Shown: positions 40,007-50,872, counted from the first letter of the stretch. The stretch is DNA of 64,000 bases from an uncultured Chlamydiae bacterium (GCA_963830365.1 CAWHMU010000042.1:111250-175249); one strand, 5' to 3'. Translations and numbers: made by a program. The notes: generated by a model not told the origin, from the letters alone.

Positions 40007-41215
40007 ATGACAGATGCATCCTCTCAAAATCTCCCCTCGGCACACTCGCGCACAGTAGTGCTAAAGACGGGCAAAGACAAACCCATCCGCAACCGGCACC
40101 ACTGGATCTTCTCCGGCGCCGTGGCCCAATTGCCAGAATTCACCGACGGGGAATGTCTGCCTGTGAGCAGTGCTGGCGGCGACTTTTTGGGATGGGGGTA
40201 TTTCAACCGCCATGCTAAAATCATCGGCCGCATGCTGACTTTTGAAGACATCGCCATCAAAGAGGCGCTGCAGCGCCGTTTGCAAAGCGCCCTTGCTATG
40301 CGCGCCATGCTCTTTGCCGGACAGGAAACGAACGCCTATCGCCTGGTGAATGGCGAAGGAGATATGCTGCCGGGGCTGATCATCGACCGTTATGACGATG
40401 TGGTGGTGATGCAGGTTTCGACTTTAGGCATGCAGCAATTGCGCCCTTTGATTACCGAGTGGCTGGCCGATGTCCTAAAGCCCCGCTGCATCTACGAGAA
40501 ATCGCTGCTGCCTTCGCGCAAAGAAGAGGGGCTGTCCGATGAACAAGGGGTGCTATTCGGCGGTAATGCCGCCGATGAGATCGTGATCAGTGAAAACGGC
40601 TTGAAGTTTGGTGTCTCTGTCTTGCATGGACAAAAGACCGGCTTCTTCCTCGACCATCGCGACATGCGGCAAATGGTCAGAGGGCTAGCCTTAGGCAAGC
40701 GCGTACTCAATTGCTTTGCCTATACCGGCGGTTTCAGCATCTATGCCGCCGCCGGCGGCGCGTTGGCGGTAGATTCCGTCGATATCTCGGCCAGCGCCAT
40801 GCAGGTGGCAGAGCGCAATATGGCGCTCAACGGCTTTTCATCGGCAGCCCATCATTTCTACAGTGCCGACGTGTTTGAATTTCTTAGGGAAAAGCCGTTG
40901 GATTATGACTTGGTGATTTTGGATCCGCCGGCCTTTGCCAAGCGGCAGAAGGATATCGTGGCCGCCTGCCGCGGCTATAAGGATATCAACCGCATCGCCA
41001 TGCAGAAGATGCCTATGGGCGCGCTGTTGCTGACAAGCTCCTGTTCCTACCATGTCGATGACACCCTCTTTCAAACCGTGGTCTTTCAGGCCGCCGTCGA
41101 AGCTAGGCGCCGCGTGAAAATCCTTTGCCGCCACCGCATGGCCGGCGATCATCCCATCAATATCTGCCATCCCGAAAGTGATTATCTGAAAAGCCTATTG
41201 CTCTATATCGAATAG
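40007..41215 (+). CDS. RlmI-like 23S rRNA m5C methyltransferase
   Basis: PUA-like HHWIFSG, GQKTGFFLDHR, VLNCFAYTGGF, ILDPPAF, YLK. Confidence 0.88.
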   Translation: MTDASSQNLPSAHSRTVVLKTGKDKPIRNRHHWIFSGAVAQLPEFTDGECLPVSSAGGDFLGWGYFNRHAKIIGRMLTFEDIAIKEALQRRLQSALAMRAMLFAGQETNAYRLVNGEGDMLPGLIIDRYDDVVVMQVSTLGMQQLRPLITEWLADVLKPRCIYEKSLLPSRKEEGLSDEQGVLFGGNAADEIVISENGLKFGVSVLHGQKTGFFLDHRDMRQMVRGLALGKRVLNCFAYTGGFSIYAAAGGALAVDSVDISASAMQVAERNMALNGFSSAAHHFYSADVFEFLREKPLDYDLVILDPPAFAKRQKDIVAACRGYKDINRIAMQKMPMGALLLTSSCSYHVDDTLFQTVVFQAAVEARRRVKILCRHRMAGDHPINICHPESDYLKSLLLYIE

Positions 41216-41225
41216 CTAGCAGCAT

Positions 41226-41325
41226 AACAGGATGGGCAAGATCGTCGCTTGGGCTCCGGCAGGATATACAGGATGGTTGACAGGTATATCCTCGGATTGC
41301 GGAGCCCAAACGACGATCCTGTCTA
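41226..41325. repeat. Inverted-repeat element with CAGGAT-type arms
   Basis: GATCGTCGCTTGGGCTCCG / CGGAGCCCAAACGACGATC. Confidence 0.7.
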
Positions 41326-41340
41326 TTCTGTATATTTCAG

Positions 41341-41493
41341 ATTTGAAACACAGAGTCATAGAGGACACGGAGAAAGAAATAGCTATGCCGTACCGACTGA
41401 ACTTCGTTGGTCGTTTTCTTGTTTGCTCTTCTGTTACCTCTGTGCCTCTGTGTTTCTTGTTGCCTCGGTTGAGCTTAGTTGGTTGTTCTTCCC
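41341..41493 (-). repeat. Solo dispersed copy of the GxxExxY-array unit
   Basis: Reverse complement aligns across a whole unit, including the loop AGTTCAGTCGGT shared with the unit at 16245. Confidence 0.9.
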
Positions 41494-41606
41494 TATTTAT
41501 TTTTTAGCTAGATGCGCATACATTGATATCCTGTTTTTTTGTAAATCCCGAATATGATATGCTTTTATGAACTTCTTAAAAAAAAAATCGATAAAGCATA
41601 AGTTTT

Positions 41607-42893
41607 ATGAGCGAAAGTAACAAAAAATTCAAAATCGTCACCCTCGGCTGCCGCACCAATCAATATGAATCACAGGCCTACCAGGACCAACTGATCGCCC
41701 TAGGCTATCAGGCGGCCAATGAGGGCGAGGCGGCGGAAGTCTGTATCGTCAATACCTGCACCGTGACAGAATCGGCCGACGGTTCCAGCCGCCACGAAAT
41801 CCGCCAGCTGGCCCGCCAAAATCCCGGTTCTAAGCTGGTGGTGACAGGCTGCTTTGCCGACCGCCAGCCGGCTGCCGTGCGCGAATTAGAGGGGGTCAGC
41901 CATGTGGTTGCCAACCGCGACAAAGAGAATCTTTTGGCCAGCGTCTTTCCCGATGCCGAGCTGCCGGAATTTTCCATCAAACGTTTTGAATCACACACCA
42001 GGGCCTTTGTTAAAGTCCAGGATGGCTGCAACTCTTTCTGCACCTACTGTATCATTCCGTATGTTAGAGGGCGCTCCCGCTCCCGTACGATCGATGACAT
42101 CGTGCGTGAAGTCGAAGGTCTGGTGGCCAATGGTTTTAAAGAGGTGGTGCTGACAGGCATCAATATCGGCGATTTTGACGGCAACAAGCCTGAAGGGGAG
42201 GAACCCGACCGCCTCGTCGATCTGGTGCGCGCGGTCGACAACGTGCCCGGCTTGGCGCGGCTGCGCGTCTCGTCGATAGACCCCGATGAGGTCGATGACG
42301 ATCTGCTGGATGCCATCATCAACGGGAAAAATACCTCCCCATCGATGCATGTCGTCTTGCAATCGGGTTCCAATGTCATCTTGAAGCGGATGAACCGCAA
42401 ATACACCCGTCAGATGTTTATGGAAACGGTAGATCGCCTGCGCCATGCCTGTCCGGACTTCACCTTCACCACCGATGTCATCGTGGGCTTTCCGGGAGAG
42501 ACTGAGGAAGATTTCGAAGATACGCTGGCGGTGATGCGCGAGGTGAAATTTGCCAAAGTGCATATGTTCCCTTATAGCGAAAGGCCGCGCACCAAGGCGG
42601 CCCTGATGCCTAATAAAGTGCCGCCGGAAATTATCAAAGAACGCAAGCAGATAGTGCTGCGCCAGGCCGAGCATATCGCCCATGAGCTGCGTCAGGAATA
42701 TGTAGGAAGGCGCATGAGCGTCCTCACAGAAAAAGGCGACAAGCTGCGCCCCGGCGAGATTTCCGGACATACCGATAATTTCCTGACGGTATGGCTGCCC
42801 GATAACGATTATGGGGCAAATAGGCTTGTGGAAGTGGAATTGGTAGAAAATACGCCGGAAGGGTTAATCGGTAGGGTACTCTATGCACATTGA
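41607..42893 (+). CDS. mtaB: tRNA t6A37 methylthiotransferase
   Basis: TLGCRTNQYES, VNTCTVT, KVQDGCNSFCTYCIIP, FPYSERP. Confidence 0.93.
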   Translation: MSESNKKFKIVTLGCRTNQYESQAYQDQLIALGYQAANEGEAAEVCIVNTCTVTESADGSSRHEIRQLARQNPGSKLVVTGCFADRQPAAVRELEGVSHVVANRDKENLLASVFPDAELPEFSIKRFESHTRAFVKVQDGCNSFCTYCIIPYVRGRSRSRTIDDIVREVEGLVANGFKEVVLTGINIGDFDGNKPEGEEPDRLVDLVRAVDNVPGLARLRVSSIDPDEVDDDLLDAIINGKNTSPSMHVVLQSGSNVILKRMNRKYTRQMFMETVDRLRHACPDFTFTTDVIVGFPGETEEDFEDTLAVMREVKFAKVHMFPYSERPRTKAALMPNKVPPEIIKERKQIVLRQAEHIAHELRQEYVGRRMSVLTEKGDKLRPGEISGHTDNFLTVWLPDNDYGANRLVEVELVENTPEGLIGRVLYAH

Positions 42894-44022
42894 AATTGCC
42901 GAGCGCCTAAGACCTTTTAGTCATCTTCCAGGCAGCTATGTCGTGTTGCCAGGCAGCAGCCTGCGCCTGCACATTTTTCCGACAAAGGTGGTCATTGATG
43001 AGCTGGCCGGCAGTGTGCCAGCGACGCTGGCCGTGTTAACCTTTGCTGTGGCCGGACCGTTAAAGGATTTTACGGTGGTGCAGGATCTTGAGAAGGGTAT
43101 AGTCCAGGTGATGGGTAAGGGCGTGCTGGGTCATTTCCGCTATTGCCTGGCGGCCCTGGCCGGCGGGCAGGGGATAGCGCTATCTTTTGAGAAGGTGCCG
43201 CCGCCGGCGATTGATTTAAGCTGCCATGGTGTCTGGCAGCTTGGCGGCGAGGAAACTGTCAAGCAAGGCGACACACGTCTCATCGGACCATCGGTGCATG
43301 GTGCCGTGCAGCCCAAAAGCGCCAGCCTGCTACGCCAGAGCCTGCCCCTCATCGACCGTCTTTCCTTGGGCAACCACAAGGCTCAAGACTGGGCGTTGAT
43401 GCGCCGCCGCCTGGATTTTAGTGAAATATTCCCTCTCTGGCACCGCTTAGGTCAACTGGTCACAAATGATACTCCTCAGACATCTATGGGGACAGCTTCG
43501 CTGCTTGAAGAATGCCGCGCGGCGATTTGCGCTAACGCGCCGGAGCATATTCTACCCCATTTCCAGCGCCTCTTCCTGACGGGTTTCGATGGCGCCCTTT
43601 CACCGCGGCTTGAGGACAGCGATTTTCATGGCCTCGCCCTGCCGGAGATCGACCGCCGCCAGCCGGCATCCCCTCTACAGCTGCTGCAGCAGGGGGCGGA
43701 ACTCATCCGTTCATTGTTCATCAAAGATCGTGGCGACAGCCTAGAGCTGTTGCCGGCCTTGCCGCCGCAATTCCATTGCGGACGCCTGCTCAATGTGGCT
43801 GGCGGACAGGGAATTGTTTCTTTGGAATGGACCAAAAAGGCCATCCGATGCGCCATCTTGCATGCCACCAAGACCGGCCGCATAGCATTGGCATGCGCCG
43901 ATGGCGCAAAACATTGCCGACTGCGCCTGTCCAATCACGACCGCGGCTGCCGCTATTTGGTCGCTGCCGCCATCGATGTCGTCGCCGGACAAGATTATTG
44001 GTTTGATAATTTCGAGCATTAG
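42883..44022 (+). CDS. Conserved chlamydial hypothetical protein upstream of glgB
   Basis: RPFSHLPG, QDLEKG, LPALPPQFHCGR, EWTKK. Confidence 0.75.
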   Translation: MHIEIAERLRPFSHLPGSYVVLPGSSLRLHIFPTKVVIDELAGSVPATLAVLTFAVAGPLKDFTVVQDLEKGIVQVMGKGVLGHFRYCLAALAGGQGIALSFEKVPPPAIDLSCHGVWQLGGEETVKQGDTRLIGPSVHGAVQPKSASLLRQSLPLIDRLSLGNHKAQDWALMRRRLDFSEIFPLWHRLGQLVTNDTPQTSMGTASLLEECRAAICANAPEHILPHFQRLFLTGFDGALSPRLEDSDFHGLALPEIDRRQPASPLQLLQQGAELIRSLFIKDRGDSLELLPALPPQFHCGRLLNVAGGQGIVSLEWTKKAIRCAILHATKTGRIALACADGAKHCRLRLSNHDRGCRYLVAAAIDVVAGQDYWFDNFEH

Positions 44023-44039
44023 TTATATATACTGTATCT

Positions 44040-46214
44040 ATGACAACGAAACCAACTGCTGGCGACATGCATTTCTATGACAGCCTCTCAAAATTGATCC
44101 ATGCCGATCATTACGACCCTCACACACTGTTAGGTTTTCATATTAATGCGACCGGCGCTAAAGTCATCCGCCTCTGGCGTCCAGGCGCCCGCCAGGTGTT
44201 CCTGGAAGTTTTTGGCGAAATTGTCGAAGCCACAAAAGTCCATGAAAGCGGCCTCTTTGAGTATCTTGCTCCCAGAGATACCATGGCCAATGACTACCGC
44301 GTCTACCATCTGAGCGGCCTGCTGGCCCACGACCCTTATGCTTTTTTACCTACCTTCGGCGAGCTGGACCAGTATCTTTTCGGCACCGGTGTGCACTATC
44401 AGCTCTATCGCGTGCTGGGTGGGCGGTTGGCAGTGCAGCAGGGTGTTTCCGGCGTTAAATTCGCCGTTTGGGCGCCTGCGGCCCGCAGCGTGGCGCTGGT
44501 GGCCGATTTCAACCATTGGGATGGCAGGATCAATCCTATGCGTTGCCTGGCGGAATCGGGCGTGTGGGAGATCTTTATTCCAGGGTTGGCAGAAGGGGAG
44601 AAATATAAATTTGAGGTCAAGACGCAGGCTGGTGAGATCCTTGTTAAAGCCGATCCGCTGGCCTATGCCAGCGAGTTGCGCCCGGCGACAGCCTCTAAAG
44701 TGGCCAATCTGGAGCGTTTCTGCTGGGATGATGGGGAGTGGCTGGCCAGGCGTTTGCAGCAACGGCGCAAGGCCCAGCCGATGACTATCTATGAAGTGCA
44801 TCTCGGCTCATGGAAGATGAATAATGGCTGCTTGCTCAATTATCGTGAGTTAGCGCTGCAGCTGGCTGCCTACTGCCAGGAGATGGGTTTTACGCATGTC
44901 GAATTGCTGCCCATCCAGGAGCATCCGCTCGATGAGTCGTGGGGATACCAAGTATCGGGCTTTTATGCCGTTACCAGCCGTTTCGGCACGCCTGAGGATT
45001 TTCAGTGGTTCGTCAACCACCTGCACAAAAATGGCGTTGGCGTCATCCTCGATTGGGTGCCTGGGCATTTCCCTACCGACAAATTTTCGCTCGGGCGTTT
45101 TGACGGCACCAGCCTATACGAGCATGAAGACCCTCGCCAAGGCTTCCACCCTCATTGGGGCACCTATATCTTTAATTTCGGACGCAAAGAAGTCGCCAAC
45201 TTCCTGATCGCCAACGCGCTCTATTGGTTTGAGCAGATGCATATCGACGGTCTGCGCGTCGACGCTGTCGCCTCGATGCTTTATCTTGATTATGGCAGGG
45301 AGAACGGGGAGTGGATACCGAACAAATACGGCAGCAAAGAAAATATCGAAGCCATCGAATTTTTCAAGCACCTCAATTCGATCGTTCACCAGCATTTTCC
45401 CGGCGTCTGCATGATCGCCGAGGAATCGACCTCCTTTATGGGGGTGACGCATCCCGTTGAGCAGGGAGGGCTTGGCTTTGATATGAAGTGGAATATGGGC
45501 TGGATGAATGATACGCTGCGCTTTTTCCAAAAAGACATGCTTTTCCGCCAGCACCATCACAACGACCTCACCTTCGGCCTGCTGTATGCCTTCTCTGAAA
45601 AATTCGTGCTGGTGCTGTCGCACGACGAAGTGGTGCACGGCAAGAAAAGCCTCATCGGCAAGATGCCGGGCGACCTGTGGCAGAAATTTGCCAACTTGCG
45701 CCTGCTGCTGAGTTATATGGTCTGCCAACCCGGCAAGAAGCTGCTCTTCATGGGCGGCGAAATCGGCCAGTGGAATGAGTGGAATTGCAAGGGCGAGATC
45801 GAATGGGGATTGCTGCAATATCCCACCCATCACGGCCTTCAAACCATGGTCAAAGAACTCAACCACCTTTACTTGGAAAACAGCTGCCTATGGGAGCATG
45901 ATTTCGACTATACGGGCTTTGAGTGGGTGGATTTTGCCGATGTGAAAAATAGCGTCATCAGCTATCTGCGCAAAGGCTCTACCGGCAGATTTTTATGCGT
46001 GCACAACTTCACGCCGGCCTATTTCGCCGAATATACAGTCCCCATCACACATTTTGCTACCGTCGAGGAAGTCTTTAATTCCGACCACACGTCATATGGG
46101 GGCACGGGCAAGATTAATCCCCATCCTCATGTCCTCTATACACATTCAGGTCACCCGCAGGCGATCAACATCCAGCTGGCGCCGCTTGCGACCATGATTT
46201 TCCGCATAGGCTAA
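44040..46214 (+). CDS. glgB: 1,4-alpha-glucan branching enzyme
   Basis: FAVWAP, YEVHLGSW, DGLRVDAVASM, AEEST, LSHDEVVHGK. Confidence 0.98.
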   Translation: MTTKPTAGDMHFYDSLSKLIHADHYDPHTLLGFHINATGAKVIRLWRPGARQVFLEVFGEIVEATKVHESGLFEYLAPRDTMANDYRVYHLSGLLAHDPYAFLPTFGELDQYLFGTGVHYQLYRVLGGRLAVQQGVSGVKFAVWAPAARSVALVADFNHWDGRINPMRCLAESGVWEIFIPGLAEGEKYKFEVKTQAGEILVKADPLAYASELRPATASKVANLERFCWDDGEWLARRLQQRRKAQPMTIYEVHLGSWKMNNGCLLNYRELALQLAAYCQEMGFTHVELLPIQEHPLDESWGYQVSGFYAVTSRFGTPEDFQWFVNHLHKNGVGVILDWVPGHFPTDKFSLGRFDGTSLYEHEDPRQGFHPHWGTYIFNFGRKEVANFLIANALYWFEQMHIDGLRVDAVASMLYLDYGRENGEWIPNKYGSKENIEAIEFFKHLNSIVHQHFPGVCMIAEESTSFMGVTHPVEQGGLGFDMKWNMGWMNDTLRFFQKDMLFRQHHHNDLTFGLLYAFSEKFVLVLSHDEVVHGKKSLIGKMPGDLWQKFANLRLLLSYMVCQPGKKLLFMGGEIGQWNEWNCKGEIEWGLLQYPTHHGLQTMVKELNHLYLENSCLWEHDFDYTGFEWVDFADVKNSVISYLRKGSTGRFLCVHNFTPAYFAEYTVPITHFATVEEVFNSDHTSYGGTGKINPHPHVLYTHSGHPQAINIQLAPLATMIFRIG

Positions 46215-46217
46215 GCG

Positions 46218-48221
46218 ATGAAAGCACATGCTACTCTCCAGGAATATAACGAACTCTGCCAAGAGATATGGGCGCATAATCACAAATATTATGTCGAACA
46301 TAAGCCCGCCATCAGCGATGAGGAATTCGATGCTCTCTATCGCCAGCTGCAGGAAATTGAAAATGCCCATCCCGACTGGATCTCACCCGACTCGCCCACC
46401 CAGCAGGTGATGGAAGCCCTGACAGAGGGCTTTAAAACGGTACAGCATCGCGTGCCTATGCTGTCGTTGGCCAACACCTATAGCAAGGAAGAGATCGCCG
46501 ATTTCATCAAACGCATCCACAAGCTGGTCGAACACGGCGCCTTTGCCTTCTCCTGCGAATTGAAGATGGACGGCATCGCCATCTCGGCCCTCTATGAGAA
46601 GGGTGTCTTTATCAGGGGAGTGACGCGCGGCGATGGACGGATGGGCGATGATATCACGGCCAATATGAAGACGATAGCTGATCTGCCCATGCGCCTGCAC
46701 GGCAAAGATGTGCCCGACCTGCTAGAGGTGCGCGGCGAAGTGTTTATGCGGCATGCCGTCTTTAAGAAGCTAAATGATGAAAAGGCCGAAGCCGGCGAGT
46801 CGCTGTGGGCCAATCCGCGCAATGCCGCCGCCGGCTCGCTAAAGCTGCTCGATCCGCGCGAAGTGGCGAGACGCCGGCTGTCGGTGGTGTTTTACGGCGT
46901 GGCGGAAGATTCCGCCGGCGCTTTTAAGAGCCAAGAGGACTGTCATGGCTATCTGCAGGGACATGGGCTGCCGGCCTTGCAATGCCATGCCCTTTGCCAC
47001 TCGCTGGATGAGATCTGGCAGTTTACCGAAATGGTGCGGCAAAAGCGCCCATCGTTAGAGTATGACATCGATGGCGTCGTCATCAAGCTCAACGATCTGC
47101 GTGAACAAAAGCGTCTCGGCAGCACGGCTAAAAACCCCCGTTGGGCCATTGCCTACAAATTTGCCGCCGAGCAGGCCACAACGCGTATCCGCGCCATCAC
47201 GGTGCAGGTGGGGCGCACCGGCATCCTGACCCCTGTGGCAGAGCTTGAACCTGTTTTTCTGGCCGGCAGCACCATCGCGCGCGCCACGCTGCATAATGAA
47301 GACGAGGTGAAGCGCAAAGATATCCGCCTCGGCGATACTGTGACCATCGAAAAGGGCGGCGACGTCATCCCCAAAGTCGTCTCTGTCGATCTCAGCCGGC
47401 GCCAGACGGCAAGCCCAGCCTGGCAGATGCCGGAGCATTGCCCCAGCTGCCATGCCAAAGTGGTCAGAATCCCGGGCGAGGTGGCCGTGCGCTGTCCGAA
47501 CAGCGCGCACTGTCCTGAACAGCAGCTGCGCAGCCTGTGCTACTTCGTCAGCAAGCCGGCCATGGATATCGATAATATGGGTGAAAAGGTCGTCGAGAAG
47601 CTGATCGCTAAAGATTTCCTTCGGCAACCTTCAGATATCTATCGCCTGACTGAAGCGCAGCTCTATCAGCTGGAAGGTTTTAAAGAAAAATCGGTGCATA
47701 ACCTGTTGCAAAGCATCGAAAAGTCCAAGGATGTGCCGCTTTCGCGTTTCATCATGGCCCTCGGCATCAAACATATCGGCTCCGGCACAGCCGAACTTTT
47801 GGCAGCTAAGTCGGGCTCCATAGAAACTTTGATGCAGCTGTCGGTCGATGAGTTACTGCGTATCGAAGGCGTCGGCGCTATCGTCGCCTCTGCCGTCGTC
47901 GAATACTTTGGCAATGACAGCCACCGGCAGGAGATCGCCAGGCTGCTGGCGCTAGGGGTCAAACCGCAGCAGCAGCAGACAGTGAGCTACACCGACCACG
48001 CCTTCAACGGCAAGATCTTCGTCTTAACCGGCACGCTGCCAAGCTTCACGCGCCAGGCTGCCGCCGGCCTGATCAAGGAGCGGGGCGGTAAAGTGACCGA
48101 TTCCGTCAGTAAAAAGACCGATTTCGTCCTGGCCGGCGAGGCCGCCGGCTCAAAGCTTGACAAGGCCCAGAGCTTGGGGGTTGCCATCCTTGATGAAGCC
48201 CAGTTTGTCGCCCTGCTCTAG
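46218..48221 (+). CDS. ligA: NAD-dependent DNA ligase
   Basis: ELKMDG, EVRGE, NPRNAAAGS, zinc finger, BRCT. Confidence 0.98.
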   Translation: MKAHATLQEYNELCQEIWAHNHKYYVEHKPAISDEEFDALYRQLQEIENAHPDWISPDSPTQQVMEALTEGFKTVQHRVPMLSLANTYSKEEIADFIKRIHKLVEHGAFAFSCELKMDGIAISALYEKGVFIRGVTRGDGRMGDDITANMKTIADLPMRLHGKDVPDLLEVRGEVFMRHAVFKKLNDEKAEAGESLWANPRNAAAGSLKLLDPREVARRRLSVVFYGVAEDSAGAFKSQEDCHGYLQGHGLPALQCHALCHSLDEIWQFTEMVRQKRPSLEYDIDGVVIKLNDLREQKRLGSTAKNPRWAIAYKFAAEQATTRIRAITVQVGRTGILTPVAELEPVFLAGSTIARATLHNEDEVKRKDIRLGDTVTIEKGGDVIPKVVSVDLSRRQTASPAWQMPEHCPSCHAKVVRIPGEVAVRCPNSAHCPEQQLRSLCYFVSKPAMDIDNMGEKVVEKLIAKDFLRQPSDIYRLTEAQLYQLEGFKEKSVHNLLQSIEKSKDVPLSRFIMALGIKHIGSGTAELLAAKSGSIETLMQLSVDELLRIEGVGAIVASAVVEYFGNDSHRQEIARLLALGVKPQQQQTVSYTDHAFNGKIFVLTGTLPSFTRQAAAGLIKERGGKVTDSVSKKTDFVLAGEAAGSKLDKAQSLGVAILDEAQFVALL

Positions 48222-48354
48222 GACTTGCTTAGGGCTTGCTTAGGGCTTGCTCTAGGGCTGCGCGACGCTGCATTCACCATAAAAGGCATTCACAGCAGAG
48301 ACTCAGCGGCAGGTGCGATCGGTGACATAGGTAACAGTTGATTCACCCACAGAG

Positions 48355-48841
48355 CTTGTCGTTACCCACAACTATCAATCGAATGTTTTAAGTCATTTTT
48401 TTTCCATTATCATCTTCGTCGGGAAAATATCCGATCACCAAAGTAAAAAGAGAGGAACTCCTACGGAGTTAAACAAGAATATGAGTTTTCCCGTAGCTGC
48501 GGGTGTATTCGCTTTCGCTCGCACGCCTTAGCCACGGGCTACAAAGAGATAAGCTCCGCCAACAAAAAAGCTTTGAAATATATTCACAATAAGGTTTATT
48601 AATCTACCTTCTCTGCTGCTACATAGGCCATGATTTCTGTTGAGGTCTTGCAGATCGATCTCTTTGTAGCCCGTAGTTAAGGCTTGCGAGCGAAAGCGAA
48701 GACAGCCGCAACTACGGGAAAACGAATCATTGCATTTAACTCCCTAGGAGTTCCTCTCTTTTTGCTTTCTTGACCGAATAGGCGAGGATGGCCCAAAAAA
48801 CGACTTAAAATATTCGATTGATAGTTGTGGGTAACGACAAG
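48355..48841. mobile_element. 487-bp MITE-like element with ~190-bp imperfect TIRs
   Basis: Ends CTTGTCGTTACCCACAACTATCAATCGAAT / ATTCGATTGATAGTTGTGGGTAACGACAAG; 9-bp direct repeat CCCACAGAG at 48346-48354 and 48842-48850. Confidence 0.88.
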
Positions 48842-48897
48842 CCCACAGAGGTAACACTTTTCGGTTAAAAATGTTTACTATGCTAGCCATCTTTCAA

Positions 48898-49572
48898 TTA
48901 CCAACAGTAGTCGATGCCACCAAGAATGCCAATCGTGTGGGCGTGTTGCCACTGTTCACCGTTAAGTTCAAGATATCCTTTGAAACCTTCGCAAAGACAT
49001 GCCGAAAAATTGAGGGCATAGTCGAAGCTACTATTGTCGAGGCTGTTGCCGCAAATTCGGAAAGTATCGCCAAATTCTCTAAAACGACCCGTTGCCGAAT
49101 TTTTACGGCTTGACCATAGTTGGTTCCAAGCGATATCGAGGGAGGCTTCAGCGCAATTGTAAAAATTACATGTGGAGAGGTGCACGCCAAGGCGGGAGCT
49201 GGTGGAGGTCCAGTCGCGATTATTGATTGCAAGGCCCCAGCCGCCGGCTATATTTTCGTTTATTCGCTTACGCCAATTTTTTCCAATTTGAATGCCAAGA
49301 AAGGGTTGGATGAGGAATCCTGCCTGTTGCAAATCGAATCCTAATTCGCCATACAAAGTAGAGGTATTGAGAATGGGTTTGCTATGGGCTTTATAGCGCA
49401 GATTGCCTGTATGGATCGTGCGGATGAAGTTGTTAGAGGTGTGTCCATATACGATGTCAAAAAGACCATAGAACAGGCGGGGTCGATAGAGCCCATATGC
49501 GGCCAGGAATTCCGAATGGCAATTTCCTTTTCCGCTTCTGCATTTGACATGCTCGCATTCATATGAACCGGC
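48898..49572 (-). CDS. Autotransporter beta-barrel C-terminus (5' part missing at the junction)
   Basis: Amphipathic strands (YGELGFDL, IQPFLGIQ, SRLGVHL) ending in a terminal Trp. Confidence 0.8.
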   Translation of the reverse strand, partial: AGSYECEHVKCRSGKGNCHSEFLAAYGLYRPRLFYGLFDIVYGHTSNNFIRTIHTGNLRYKAHSKPILNTSTLYGELGFDLQQAGFLIQPFLGIQIGKNWRKRINENIAGGWGLAINNRDWTSTSSRLGVHLSTCNFYNCAEASLDIAWNQLWSSRKNSATGRFREFGDTFRICGNSLDNSSFDYALNFSACLCEGFKGYLELNGEQWQHAHTIGILGGIDYCW

Positions 49573-50641
49573 TGGAACTCCCGCATGACGCGCACTTTGC
49601 CGGCAACACGGCCCGGAGAGGCGCCAAGCCCGGCCAGGAGCCGGGTCCCCGGCTCCGCCACGAGGGTCGTGATCGGGCGGGACTGAACGATGTAGATCTT
49701 GCCTTCGTGTAACGCCCATTCGACGTCCTGGGGGCTCCCATAGTGCTGTTCGATTCGAAGCCCGAGGCTGGCGATCTCGAGCACCTGCGCATCGTCGAGA
49801 ACGCGCATCTCGCGCTGCGCTTTGGGGACTTCGAGCTTCACCTCCGAGCCGTCCGCTTGTCTCGGACCACCTTGTGCGCCTTCGAGCCGACGCGCGCGCT
49901 GAGGACTTGGTGCCGCCGCCCTTCGCGGGGTCGCGTGAGCGGCCCACGAGATACGTGTCGGGTTCGACCTGTCCCCCGACCACGACCTCCCCGCAGCCCG
50001 CACGCCCCTTCGACGAGCATCCGTTCATGATCCTGTGAGATTGGGTCGACGGTGACATCACTCCCGAAGCTTCCGAATCAACCATCCGTTGTACGACGAC
50101 GGCGATGGTCGGCTCGTCGGTCAGTCCCAAGCTGTGCCTGTACGCCACGACACGCGCGCTCCAGAGCGACGCCCAGCAATCGAGGATTCGTTGGATTGAG
50201 GGTTTCCGCCACGACGTTGGTGAACGTCTCGTTCATTCCGGCGAAGGATGCTTCCGCGGTGTCCTCCGCGGTCGCCGATGAACGGACCGCGACCCGCGAC
50301 CCTTCCCCGAGCCGCTGGAACGCTTCAATGACGACAGCCCGCACGTCGTTTGGAACACCCGCGCGCCGCACCGTGGCCTGGCAACTCGTCGGCGGCGAGC
50401 TTCAGTGCGCTCGAATCATCGAGGTCGGTGTTCTCGACGATGTCGAGGAGTCGCTTCCGGCACCCCGCCAGGTCGAGGGTGTGCAAGTACGCTTGGCCGG
50501 TGATCACCGAAGCCCGGAGGCACGGGCAAACCGGCGGCCGTCAGCTCGCCGAGGTTGGCTCCCTTGCCCCCGGCGACCGGAGTGTCGATCCGGCGGAGGG
50601 TCTCGAACCCCCGAACGAACTCCGAATGTTTTGGGCGCCAT
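49573..50641 (-). pseudogene. ppsA: Phosphoenolpyruvate synthase, N-terminal part (frameshifted, cut at the junction)
   Basis: GGKGANLGEL, VAVRSSATAED.AEASFAG, AVVVQRMV, PQDVEWA, IVQSRPIT, GLGASPG. Confidence 0.85.
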
Positions 50642-50872
50642 GCAGCGATGTTATATGCATCCGGCGCGCCAAGTGGCTGTAGCGCCAGAGCCCCGCAGTT
50701 CCGTAGAGAAACCCCAACGGAAAGGAGCAGGTCGCGCCAATCGTGCGCCTTTCATGGCCAAAAACGAAGATTGTGCGCCTCCTTGGCGCCGAGACCCCGA
50801 AAATCCAAGACTCGCGTTTGGCATGTTCGCTGCACTGCTGGTATCAACCCGATCCCCGCAAAGGAGTCGACC

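Noticed and set aside
48222..48258. 11-bp tandem TAGGGCTTGCT after the ligA stop
   Set aside because: Only about three copies; likely local slippage with no further structure.
48898..50148. A single 416-aa protein
   Set aside because: Accidental read-through across the chimeric junction, mixing off-frame ppsA with autotransporter sequence.
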